A stretch of DNA of 64,000 bases from a virus (lineage: Duplodnaviria; Caudoviricetes), in IMG/VR virus record IMGVR_UViG_3300032330_001252, positions 18,432-82,431 of that record; one strand, given 5' to 3'. Shown in pieces: positions 28,995-37,426 of the stretch. The position numbers and the translations under genes are program-made. Positions within the stretch are counted from its first letter, which is position 1. Each line of letters starts with the position of its first letter. The notes beneath the pieces were generated by a model, which saw only the letters and a list, made by a program, of their open reading frames with translations, made no database searches and was not told the origin of the DNA.

Positions 28995-30666
28995 CGCACA
29001 GAATACCACAACCGATCTAACAACAGGTAACTTAATTGAAATGGGTAGTTGGATGGGTGTTCGTTATACAGACAATGCTGGTGTTGGGGCTTGCTGTAGT
29101 GGTGGCCCTAATCCTGCTATGAATACAGATACCAACACACTACGCTTTAGTTATGGAATGATGGCAGCAGCCCAATCTATTGCACTAAGCAAAGTGTTTG
29201 ACGCTATTGGTACTGGAATTAAAGTAACTGGATACAACTATAGTTGGCAAATTAATAATGAAGGTTATACCAGCGGTCCACTATATGCCAATGTTAGTTT
29301 AGTTGGCAAAAATGGTAATGTCTTAGAAAGCTATAACTACGACTATAATCGTTATATTCCTGGCTTTGAAACTTTTTATGGTACTCAAAAGTTTAGTGTA
29401 GACTATGGAGCACCAAGCTTAGATTCATTAAATGTTAGTTTTACTGGCAAAGATAACCGATTTTGGGCGGGTTATTATGGCCCACGAGTTCGTGATGTTA
29501 ATGTTTCACTAAACTATGCGTTTGATACTTCAAAATCTCCAGCACCTATTACGCTACCCACAGTTGTAACAAATGTAGATACTATTACATCCAGTACCGC
29601 TAGTTCAGGTTTATTGGCTACAACAGAAGGGTTGCCGCAAGTAGTTCAGCAAGCTGCTAGTACTGGTTCCGTAGTAAATTTTGATGGAACCATTAACACC
29701 ACTCCACAAACTCAACAACCGCAACAGCAACAACAGCAACAACAAACACAACAACAGCAACAAACACAACAACCTGTACAACAAGCAGTACAACCTGCTG
29801 TACGAGTAGCAGCTGAACCGCAAAAAGAAACTAACATACGTTCTAGTGGCCCAAGTGCACTAGCTATGAGTGTGGTTTCTAAAGTTCAAGAGGCTGTAAA
29901 AACAGTTGAAAAAGAAGCTGTAGCAGCTGCTGCAATGCAAGCTGCTAATGATGTTAAAAATGCTGATCAGCAAACAGCCAGTGCTATGGCAATGGTTAAT
30001 GCCCAAACTACTCAAGCACCACAACAGTCGTCTCAAAGTGCAGTTGGTTTACAACTACCGCAGCAACAGCAACAACAAAGCAGTGTGGCTGTTATGCAAG
30101 TAAAGAGCAATGAGCCTCAGGTATTGCAGTCGGCACAAGTACAACAACAGTCAACAAATGATGTTAGCCTATATAGTTTAGCGCCTGTGATTAGCGGTCG
30201 ATCAAGCACTGGTATTAGTGTAACAATGCAAACATTGCCACAACAAGAAATACCCGTATATGTTCCACTAGCACCACAAACACAAACGTCACAGTTTGAA
30301 ACTACGCAACAAGCATTTAAAACACAAGAAACTGTTGCAATTGCAATAGTTTCACCTGTACGTGGCAATCCCCTAAATGACTTAATTGAGGGTAGAGCTA
30401 CACTAGAAGCAATGGTACAAGAACAAAAAGTGGAAGAACTAAAGCGTGCTATTACTAGTAATGAGCTAGAAACAGGAATTACACTAACCACAATGGCAGT
30501 TGTGCCACAAGGTTACGCACTCTATGGCATAAGTTTAGCAGACGCTAAATTTTATGAATCCAAACCAATTTACCAAAATCAAAGAGTAGTAGATAATGTT
30601 AGACTATTACGTGGATTAGGATCTGACCTAAAGCATCAGCAAATGGTTCAAGATCAATATAGATAA
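28930..30666 (+). CDS. Exported protein: N-terminal beta domain plus Gln-rich low-complexity region
   Basis: Signal peptide; YSWQINN...GYYGPRV domain; poly-Q tracts. Confidence 0.7.
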   Translation: MTLTRKLVSVLCLVLLFSKYSNAQNTTTDLTTGNLIEMGSWMGVRYTDNAGVGACCSGGPNPAMNTDTNTLRFSYGMMAAAQSIALSKVFDAIGTGIKVTGYNYSWQINNEGYTSGPLYANVSLVGKNGNVLESYNYDYNRYIPGFETFYGTQKFSVDYGAPSLDSLNVSFTGKDNRFWAGYYGPRVRDVNVSLNYAFDTSKSPAPITLPTVVTNVDTITSSTASSGLLATTEGLPQVVQQAASTGSVVNFDGTINTTPQTQQPQQQQQQQQTQQQQQTQQPVQQAVQPAVRVAAEPQKETNIRSSGPSALAMSVVSKVQEAVKTVEKEAVAAAAMQAANDVKNADQQTASAMAMVNAQTTQAPQQSSQSAVGLQLPQQQQQQSSVAVMQVKSNEPQVLQSAQVQQQSTNDVSLYSLAPVISGRSSTGISVTMQTLPQQEIPVYVPLAPQTQTSQFETTQQAFKTQETVAIAIVSPVRGNPLNDLIEGRATLEAMVQEQKVEELKRAITSNELETGITLTTMAVVPQGYALYGISLADAKFYESKPIYQNQRVVDNVRLLRGLGSDLKHQQMVQDQYR

Positions 30667-30675
30667 GGAGCCACT

Positions 30676-31239
30676 ATGGCAGAAGAAATTAAAGATGTTA
30701 ATGCTAAAGTTGATGAGCTAGAAGCTGCGGCTAAAAAATACGCAAGTAAAGATACTGTTATTAGTATTGGCGGATATGAATTTACTCCAGCAAAACTAAT
30801 GGTTGCTTTTACCCTTGTAAGTTCTAGTTTAGGCGGATTATACGGCACATTTGAAATCTACAAAGATTACATGGGCATGAAAAAGAAAATTGCTGAATAT
30901 GTTACACCTGATCTATCAGAGTTTGATAAGCGACTAGCAGTAATTGAACAAAATAGTTCTAAAACTGCTGATTATACTCGTGATATTAAAACTGACCTAA
31001 AGAATGATATTCGACGTAATGAATCAGTTACTGAACAAATTGAGCGTAGTGTAAAACAAGCACAACGTGAAAGCGATCAAGATTTAAAAAATATGCAAAG
31101 TACATTGCGTAATCAATTAGATCGTACACGTGATGACATGGAAAAATTAAAACGCGATACCGATAATAAAATTGACAAGCTAAATAGCTCAGTTGATAGT
31201 AAGATTCAGAAAGCCATTGATAATCCATTAGCAAAATGA
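30676..31239 (+). CDS. Membrane-anchored coiled-coil protein
   Basis: AAGGAG RBS; hydrophobic LMVAFTLVSSSLGGLYG followed by coiled coil; C-terminal DNPLAK. Confidence 0.7.
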   Translation: MAEEIKDVNAKVDELEAAAKKYASKDTVISIGGYEFTPAKLMVAFTLVSSSLGGLYGTFEIYKDYMGMKKKIAEYVTPDLSEFDKRLAVIEQNSSKTADYTRDIKTDLKNDIRRNESVTEQIERSVKQAQRESDQDLKNMQSTLRNQLDRTRDDMEKLKRDTDNKIDKLNSSVDSKIQKAIDNPLAK

Positions 31240-31616
31240 GAGCCTTAATTTTAGTACTAGCATTACTATGTGGTAATGCTAGTGCAGGATGCTCAATGCT
31301 TAGCGAAGAAGATCAAAAGTGGTTTGTTGCATCCAATGTAGCCATATTTGCAGATTGGCAAACTACCCGAGATTTAGCAAGACGAACAAATGAAGGCTAT
31401 CGAGAAGTTGGACCAATTGCTAAGCAACTTATAGGTTCACAACCTACTGTTGCCAGAGTCGATGCTTTTGTTGCAGCTAGATTTTTAATTAATTACTATT
31501 TAGCCTGCCAAGTAGAAAATAGTGAATTCAAACACACGTATTTAATTATAACTACTGCATCGCATGGACTTGCAGCAGCAAGTAACTATAACATTGGCTT
31601 AAGAATACGCTTTTAA
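31236..31616 (+). CDS. Hypothetical exported/membrane protein
   Basis: N-terminal signal with Cys residues; DWQTTR...E-x-GP pattern. Confidence 0.6.
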   Translation: MRALILVLALLCGNASAGCSMLSEEDQKWFVASNVAIFADWQTTRDLARRTNEGYREVGPIAKQLIGSQPTVARVDAFVAARFLINYYLACQVENSEFKHTYLIITTASHGLAAASNYNIGLRIRF

Positions 31617-31625
31617 GGGGATGTT

Positions 31626-31760
31626 ATGGCAATGTTACTTAGTCTTGTACTAGCATATATACCCCCTGAATGGACGTGTGTTAGATGGAGATGGACTGGA
31701 GACGTTTTCAATCGAAAGGTTATTTGTCTTGAATGGAAAAAACGAGACGATAAAAAGTAA
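31626..31760 (+). CDS. 44-aa peptide with a CVRWRWTGDVFNRKVIC motif (not in the ORF track)
   Basis: AAGGGG RBS; hydrophobic leader; two Cys flanking a Trp/Arg-rich hairpin; stop 2 nt before the next ATG. Confidence 0.6.
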   Translation: MAMLLSLVLAYIPPEWTCVRWRWTGDVFNRKVICLEWKKRDDKK

Positions 31761-31762
31761 GT

Positions 31763-32371
31763 ATGATTGATCCCATAAGTATAGGGCTTGCATTTACTGC
31801 TGCACAAACTGCTGTAAGTCATATAAAACAAGCTATTGCTTTGGGTAAAGACGTTAATAGCTTGGTTGGTCAATTTAGTAAATTTTTTGAATCAGCCGAT
31901 GCAGTACACAGAGCCAAAATTTTAAATAAAGCAAAAAGCGCTGGTAAAAGTGATTATGAACTAGGTAGAGAAGCTTTAGAAATAGCCATGCACAGCGATG
32001 CTTTACGAGAAGCAGAGCGACAGTTAAAAGATATGATTGTTTGGCAGTTAGGTAAGCCCCAAGTTTGGGAGCAAATGATAAAAGAACGTACTAGATTATT
32101 TAAAGAACGCGCTGAAGCAGAAACCAAACTTGCTGAATTAGATAGAAAACGTAAACAAAAAATAGCAGATCAATTTATGTTTGCTATGTATTTTATAGGT
32201 TTTAGTATATTTTTATTTGCTTTTATTATGGGTGGCATTGGTATATACGGTGCTATTGAAGATAAGCGTATATATGAAGAAAAAGTTGCTAAAGCTCACC
32301 TAGAACGAAATAGACGAGCTAAAGCAGAACAAGAACGCTCTAAACAAGAAGCTTTAGATGCGATCAAATAA
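31763..32371 (+). CDS. Hypothetical membrane protein
   Basis: MIDPISI... start; coiled coil; one C-terminal TM helix. Confidence 0.65.
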   Translation: MIDPISIGLAFTAAQTAVSHIKQAIALGKDVNSLVGQFSKFFESADAVHRAKILNKAKSAGKSDYELGREALEIAMHSDALREAERQLKDMIVWQLGKPQVWEQMIKERTRLFKERAEAETKLAELDRKRKQKIADQFMFAMYFIGFSIFLFAFIMGGIGIYGAIEDKRIYEEKVAKAHLERNRRAKAEQERSKQEALDAIK

Positions 32372-32390
32372 TTAAAGGATCTTAACAAAG

Positions 32391-32675
32391 ATGCACAATG
32401 ATTTAAAATTATTTAAATGGGCAATAATCTTATTGCTATTCCCTGTAGCACTAGCATTTTTTGGTAAAGATACTTTTAGGTATCCTTGTCAAGACCCACA
32501 AAATTGGGACAAAGACTTTTGTAAGATGCCTGTTTGTGATGTTACCAGAACTTGCCCAGAACACATTTTCAAAGGCCAACGTGATCCTAGACTTGGGCCT
32601 CCAGAAACAAGGATAGAACCTATGGCAAAAGCACAATGTACAACACCAACACAAGGAGCTAATTGTGGAAAATAA
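32391..32675 (+). CDS. Small Cys-rich membrane-anchored protein
   Basis: TM helix followed by FRYPCQDPQNW...C...C...TCP. Confidence 0.65.
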   Translation: MHNDLKLFKWAIILLLFPVALAFFGKDTFRYPCQDPQNWDKDFCKMPVCDVTRTCPEHIFKGQRDPRLGPPETRIEPMAKAQCTTPTQGANCGK

Positions 32676-33120
32676 TACAATTATCTATACCGAAGACCAG
32701 CTAATGGCCCGTCTTAAATTTTTTATCGGTATCTGCTTAGCACTTACTTTAACTGGTATTGTATTTGTTGTTTTATACTCAATTATTTTCATTACTCAAC
32801 CACTAAACGCAATCAGTCCAATTGACCAAAAGTTTTTTGAAATGATTATTCCAATTGCTACTTTTTTAACTGGTACGCTAAGTGGAATTATGTTAGCTGG
32901 CGGTAGTAAAGAAGAAATGGAAATGAAACGCGATATGATCAAGCAGGCACAAGAAAATTCAAATACTTATGCCAAAGCTAATCCACTAAAAATTGAACCA
33001 GCTTTTACACCAGGTATATCAACAACTGCTGGATTTAATGGGACTTCAGCTGCACCTGCTACTGTGGTTTATATCAATGGTAAACCAGCCCCCGTACAAC
33101 CACCACAGCCGGAAATTTAA
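32665..33120 (+). CDS. Two-TM membrane protein (holin candidate)
   Basis: Two hydrophobic helices and a Pro-rich C-terminus. Confidence 0.55.
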   Translation: MENNTIIYTEDQLMARLKFFIGICLALTLTGIVFVVLYSIIFITQPLNAISPIDQKFFEMIIPIATFLTGTLSGIMLAGGSKEEMEMKRDMIKQAQENSNTYAKANPLKIEPAFTPGISTTAGFNGTSAAPATVVYINGKPAPVQPPQPEI

Positions 33121-33338
33121 TGACTAATTTAAAAAGTATGTTATCTCAAGACCCTGCGGTTAGCAGTAAACGAGTAATTACTTTTCTTGCATTTTTACTA
33201 TGTGCTGCTGCTTTTATAGCAATGATATGTGGACATACAATAGATCAAAAACTATTTGATTCTATGATGTATATTGTAATTGCAGGATTAGGATTTACTG
33301 CAAGCGAAAAGTTTGCACCAACCAAGGAAACTAAATGA
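33120..33338 (+). CDS. Small two-TM protein (holin candidate)
   Basis: SSKRVITFLAFLLC...IVIAGLGFTASEKF; 72 aa with a charged C-terminus. Confidence 0.5.
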   Translation: MTNLKSMLSQDPAVSSKRVITFLAFLLCAAAFIAMICGHTIDQKLFDSMMYIVIAGLGFTASEKFAPTKETK

Positions 33339-33532
33339 AAAGTTTATTTTATTCACTATGTGTAGTACTAGGAGCAACACTCTTAGCCTACAATAATCCA
33401 GCATTTGCTGAACCAGAAACTAAAAAAGTCTGTGTTGAGCAAAAAGATGCTAAGGGTAACCCAAAGCAAGTTTGCAAAGAAGTCAAACAGCATAAAAAAC
33501 TAGAAGGTACTAAAGTTCCAGACAAGAAGTAA
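33335..33532 (+). CDS. Small exported Lys-rich protein with two Cys
   Basis: Signal peptide ending PAFA; KKVCVEQ...KQVCKEV. Confidence 0.6.
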   Translation: MKSLFYSLCVVLGATLLAYNNPAFAEPETKKVCVEQKDAKGNPKQVCKEVKQHKKLEGTKVPDKK

Positions 33533-33594
33533 TCTAACTAAGTGGCTAGCCACTATAGTGTGGTTAGCCGTTCACTAACCAACCAAGGTCAGTT

Positions 33595-34281
33595 ATGGCA
33601 AGTTCATCAGGAAAAAAAGCTCGCAGAGCACAAACTCAACCACTAAATCCAATTGAATATGGATTTAAAGATGTTAAACCCCTAAATTTTATTCAGGGCG
33701 AGTACTTAGAAGCAATCAAATATAATGATATTATTTTTGGTATAGGTTCAGCAGGTACTGGAAAAACATTTGTGGCAGCATCGTATGCAGCTGGAGAGCT
33801 ATTCCACAGACGAATTAATAAAATTATTTTAACAAGACCTAATGTAGAAACAGGAAGAGGTTTAGGCTTCTTGCCTGGAGAATTAGAGGAGAAATACGCT
33901 CCTTACTTAGATCCATTTGACCAAGTTTTCAAACGCACGCTTGGCGCAGGTTTCTACGAATATGCTCTTAAATCAAAAACTATTGAACCAAAGCCGCTGG
34001 GATTTATGCGAGGTGCCTCATTTGAGAACTCAATCATTCTAGTAGACGAAGTTCAAAATATGACCAAAACCGAGTTCAAGATGTTATTATCACGAATCGG
34101 TAAAAACTGTAAAGTAATTTTATCAGGAGACCCAGACCAAACAGATATTGAAGATAGTGGCCTAGAAGATGCAGTACATCGTCTAGAAGGTATCCCAGGT
34201 ATTGAAATGGTTAGATTCTTAGACGAAGACATTGTTCGTAGTAAGATGTGTAAACAAATTATTATGGCATATAGAAATTAA
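33595..34281 (+). CDS. phoH: PhoH-family ATPase
   Basis: GSAGTGKT Walker A; LTRPNVE; GFLPG; FMRGASF; DEVQN; GDPDQTD. Confidence 0.93.
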   Translation: MASSSGKKARRAQTQPLNPIEYGFKDVKPLNFIQGEYLEAIKYNDIIFGIGSAGTGKTFVAASYAAGELFHRRINKIILTRPNVETGRGLGFLPGELEEKYAPYLDPFDQVFKRTLGAGFYEYALKSKTIEPKPLGFMRGASFENSIILVDEVQNMTKTEFKMLLSRIGKNCKVILSGDPDQTDIEDSGLEDAVHRLEGIPGIEMVRFLDEDIVRSKMCKQIIMAYRN

Positions 34282-34290
34282 AAGGTAATT

Positions 34291-34671
34291 ATGGCAGAAA
34301 TGTATAAACCTACAGAAGGCATGGCCAGTGCCGCACGACGTGCATTAAAATGGCATGAAGAAGGTAATCCAGGTGGCACAATGGTTGGTTTAGCACGAGC
34401 CAACCAATTAAAAGACCGCAGTGAGTTATCCGCTAGTACTGTACTAAGAATGTATTCATTCTTTAGTCGTCATGAAGTAGATAAAAAAGCTACTGGTTTT
34501 AACAGTGGTGAAGAAGGTTTTCCAAGTAAAGGTCGAGTAGCTTGGGATTTATGGGGCGGCGATGGTGGTTTTAGTTGGAGCAAAGAAAAACGTGATCATA
34601 TTATGAACACCCGCAAAGACTATGACACAATACAATTTGCAGCCACATTTTTAGCAAGTTCAGATGACTAA
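34291..34671 (+). CDS. Conserved phage hypothetical protein
   Basis: TVLRMYSFFSRH...VAWDLWGGDGG motif. Confidence 0.6.
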   Translation: MAEMYKPTEGMASAARRALKWHEEGNPGGTMVGLARANQLKDRSELSASTVLRMYSFFSRHEVDKKATGFNSGEEGFPSKGRVAWDLWGGDGGFSWSKEKRDHIMNTRKDYDTIQFAATFLASSDD

Positions 34672-34674
34672 AAG

Positions 34675-34710
34675 AAAAGCCCCTAAGTATTGCTACTTAG
34701 GGGCTTTTTT
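34675..34710. terminator. Bidirectional terminator at the convergence of the + and - transcription units
   Basis: aaaagcccctaagta-ttgc-tacttaggggctttt with A and T runs on the two sides. Confidence 0.9.
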
Positions 34711-34711
34711 G

Positions 34712-35179
34712 TTAACCAATAATATTCCAGCGTGTGCCGTCAAATACCACAAATAAACTTTGTTCAGTGCCAAGAGTTTTGTCTCCTGAACTGTCTAGGT
34801 TTTGACTAGTGCCTTTGACTTTTATGTTGCCTTCTACTTGATTTTTTACTATGTATACTTTACCAATTACGCCTAGTGGTAGGGTAATAGTAATGTCTTT
34901 TTTAATAGCACCAATGTAATAATCGGTTGCTAATGCAGTATAATTTATTGCTGTTAATTTTACATTTATTAAGCCACTTCCACCAAGAGTACTCAGTACT
35001 CCTAGGGGTGTAATAGACAAACCACTACCAACTTGAATAACACCAAGACTGGTAGTAGTAGCTTCTTCACATTCTATTGTAACTGGAACTATTCCAGGTG
35101 GTGTAGTTATATTTACTGGTGGATTTTGTGTTAATCCTTTACCAGCAAATATAACATTGGGTTGTCTAACATAAGCCAT
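34712..35179 (-). CDS. Beta-rich structural-type protein (DY..TITLP..G..Y.(I/V)K domain)
   Basis: C-terminal domain shared with the two adjacent ORFs, ending VVFDGTRWNII. Confidence 0.65.
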   Translation of the reverse strand: MAYVRQPNVIFAGKGLTQNPPVNITTPPGIVPVTIECEEATTTSLGVIQVGSGLSITPLGVLSTLGGSGLINVKLTAINYTALATDYYIGAIKKDITITLPLGVIGKVYIVKNQVEGNIKVKGTSQNLDSSGDKTLGTEQSLFVVFDGTRWNIIG

Positions 35180-35185
35180 AATAAC

Positions 35186-35584
35186 TTAAGTTAACAACCA
35201 CTGAACACCATCATAAATAAGTGTTAGTGCACCATAAGGTGTATTAATTACTGCATTTACAGCACCATCAATAGTGCCTGCAGTTGGAACAATAGTAATA
35301 GGTGTTGCAACACTTGCTAAACCTAAACCATCTTTGATAATAAAAGTTTGCCCTGTTACGCCAGCAGGTAGATTTACTGCTACTGCGACTGGTCCAGGTA
35401 CTTGTACACTAATAGCAGCATCTGCACTTAGTACTGCTACGGGCGATACTACTGCAATTCTGATTGCAGTAATTACTACACCACCAGCACTAATAGTAAT
35501 TCGGTTTGCGCCTGTACCTGTGGTAGGTGTAATTACAATACCAGTGCCTGCTAAGATACTGGTGGGATTATTTGTATAAGACAT
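35186..35584 (-). CDS. Beta-rich structural-type protein (paralogue)
   Basis: VNLPAGVTGQTFIIKDG...TIDG...PYGALTLIYDGVQW. Confidence 0.65.
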   Translation of the reverse strand: MSYTNNPTSILAGTGIVITPTTGTGANRITISAGGVVITAIRIAVVSPVAVLSADAAISVQVPGPVAVAVNLPAGVTGQTFIIKDGLGLASVATPITIVPTAGTIDGAVNAVINTPYGALTLIYDGVQWLLT

Positions 35585-35598
35585 ATGTGTCCTTTAAA

Positions 35599-36054
35599 TT
35601 AAGTTATGCTCCAATTAGAGCCGTTAAATACTACTGTAATACTACCAAATGGTACATCAATAGTAGCGGTGCCGATATCGACATTTTGTGCTGTTCCTTG
35701 TACTGTAATAGGTGCATTATTTGCATTTCCACTACAATCTTTAATTACGTATACTGTGCCTAGTATGCCCACAGGCAGTGTAATTGTTACTGGTGCTACG
35801 GTTAACACGCATAAAAAATAGTCTGTAGCTAAAACCGTATAATCATCAATAACATCAGTAACTGGTACTATGCCAGGTGTACCTGGTGGTCCAGGCGGTC
35901 CTGGCGGTCCAGGTGGACCAGGAGGTGCAACAATTGTACGATTACTAATAAATAGGTCATCATCAGTTGCTGGATAACACGCTGGATATACTGGTGGTAA
36001 AAACGGAACCATAGGCCAACCAAAAGGCATGCCTTGTTGTTGCTGCTGTATCAT
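35599..36054 (-). CDS. Collagen-like (GPP repeat) protein with the same C-terminal domain
   Basis: PPGPPGPPGPPGPPGTPG followed by DYFLCV...TITLP...YVIKD...VFNGSNW. Confidence 0.75.
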   Translation of the reverse strand: MIQQQQQGMPFGWPMVPFLPPVYPACYPATDDDLFISNRTIVAPPGPPGPPGPPGPPGTPGIVPVTDVIDDYTVLATDYFLCVLTVAPVTITLPVGILGTVYVIKDCSGNANNAPITVQGTAQNVDIGTATIDVPFGSITVVFNGSNWSIT

Positions 36055-36109
36055 AAATACCTTTCATTAAAAAAGCCCCCACAACTTGTGGTTGAGGGGG
36101 CCTACAATA

Positions 36110-37033
36110 TTAACGAATGTTAGTATTTGTATTAGTTGGGTTAGCAGTTAGTGTGCCGCTTCCAACATTAATAGCTTCATTTGTAGAACGAATTTGCTGG
36201 CCTAATCCGTAGATCATGCTAGCTAATTGGCCATACTGTTGCTGTTGTTGAGTTTGTTGTTGCATTTGGTTGATGTTATTAGTTGTAGTAACATTAATAC
36301 CATTTGTAGCATCTTGTAGTCTACGATCGCCACGTAGCTCAATGATTTCTGCATTAGCATCAGTCAATTGACGTGTTAGATTTTGTTCATACTGAGCTAC
36401 AATCAATGCACGAGTAGTAGTACCATCTGCAACAATAGCACGTTCTGTATTATTGAATCCAGTTAACATATTTGTATTAACTTGATTTAATTGTTGTGAT
36501 AACAACATTGCCGTTGCATTAGTAGCTTCTTTGGCAGCATCAATACGTGCAGCTAAACTACTTGTAACATTATTAAATTGATTGGTAAGACCTAAGCTTT
36601 GTTGAGCTTGTGAAGCCTCAAAACTTGCAGCATTAACTGCTACAGATTTATCTACTGCACCAATTGATTGCATTAATTGCATATTAGCTGTAGCTTGACC
36701 AGTTACAGCAGCTGCTCCACCACCGTCTTGACCGCCAAATAAACCGCCATTACCTTGACGTAGTAGGCTACCCAAGATCAATCCACCGATCAATCCACCG
36801 CCACCACCACCGCCAAATAAACCATCACCACCACCGCTCATCATCATACCACTTGGGTTTAATACTTCTGCCATTTTTGTATCCTTTAATTTTGTGATCT
36901 GACCCATGACTTTTTTATAGTAGTCATTAGCCTGATCGAGTTTGTCTTGAAGCGCACCCATTGTAAATGCAACTTGTTCCTGAGTTGGAACAGGCACACT
37001 ACCGGGAGCGCTAATCTCATCAGCCATAATCAT
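36110..37033 (-). CDS. Gly-rich / Gln-rich helical protein of unknown function
   Basis: GGGGGGGLIGGLILG segment; coiled-coil core; QQQTQQQQQYGQ; AGGAA RBS. Confidence 0.7.
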   Translation of the reverse strand: MIMADEISAPGSVPVPTQEQVAFTMGALQDKLDQANDYYKKVMGQITKLKDTKMAEVLNPSGMMMSGGGDGLFGGGGGGGLIGGLILGSLLRQGNGGLFGGQDGGGAAAVTGQATANMQLMQSIGAVDKSVAVNAASFEASQAQQSLGLTNQFNNVTSSLAARIDAAKEATNATAMLLSQQLNQVNTNMLTGFNNTERAIVADGTTTRALIVAQYEQNLTRQLTDANAEIIELRGDRRLQDATNGINVTTTNNINQMQQQTQQQQQYGQLASMIYGLGQQIRSTNEAINVGSGTLTANPTNTNTNIR

Positions 37034-37096
37034 TTTTCCTGAGTTGATTTTTAAAACGCTTCATGCGCAGTTCACAAAATTTTATGAACTAAGTTT

Positions 37097-37124
37097 ATTA
37101 TACACTATTTTTAACAAAACACAA
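37097..37124 (-). promoter_or_regulatory. Putative promoter for the collagen cassette
   Basis: Minus-strand TATAAT at 37102-37097, with a TTGTGT-like -35 about 16 nt upstream. Confidence 0.45.
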
Positions 37125-37179
37125 CCACATTTAGATCCTTCCAGCAAAACTAAATGACGCTGAAATAAGCAGAAAACAA

Positions 37180-37214
37180 AAAAGCCCTCTAGTATTTCTA
37201 CTAGAGGGCTTTTT
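37180..37214 (-). terminator. Rho-independent terminator after the nrdJ unit
   Basis: aaaagccctctagta-ttt/c-tactagagggctttt inverted repeat. Confidence 0.85.
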
Positions 37215-37228
37215 ACATTGCGGTTTAA

Positions 37229-37408
37229 TTACTGTGGGGCAACTTCTGCAGGGGCAGCTTCTTGCTTGGGTAATTGTGCTTCAGCTTGTTCACGAATCTT
37301 TTGTGACAATGGATTTGCGATTTTTGCTGGCAATTCTTGTAAGCCAGCTAAAATGCAATTAACTTCATCAACAGAAAGGTCGTTTAGGGTGAATTTAATA
37401 TCGTTCAT
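37229..37408 (-). CDS. Small helical protein, 59 aa (not in the ORF track)
   Basis: MNDIKFTLNDLSVDEVNCILAGLQELPAKIANPLSQKIREQAEAQLP...PQ*; ends just before the terminator. Confidence 0.7.
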   Translation of the reverse strand: MNDIKFTLNDLSVDEVNCILAGLQELPAKIANPLSQKIREQAEAQLPKQEAAPAEVAPQ

Positions 37409-37426
37409 ATTTATATAAAAAGTGGG

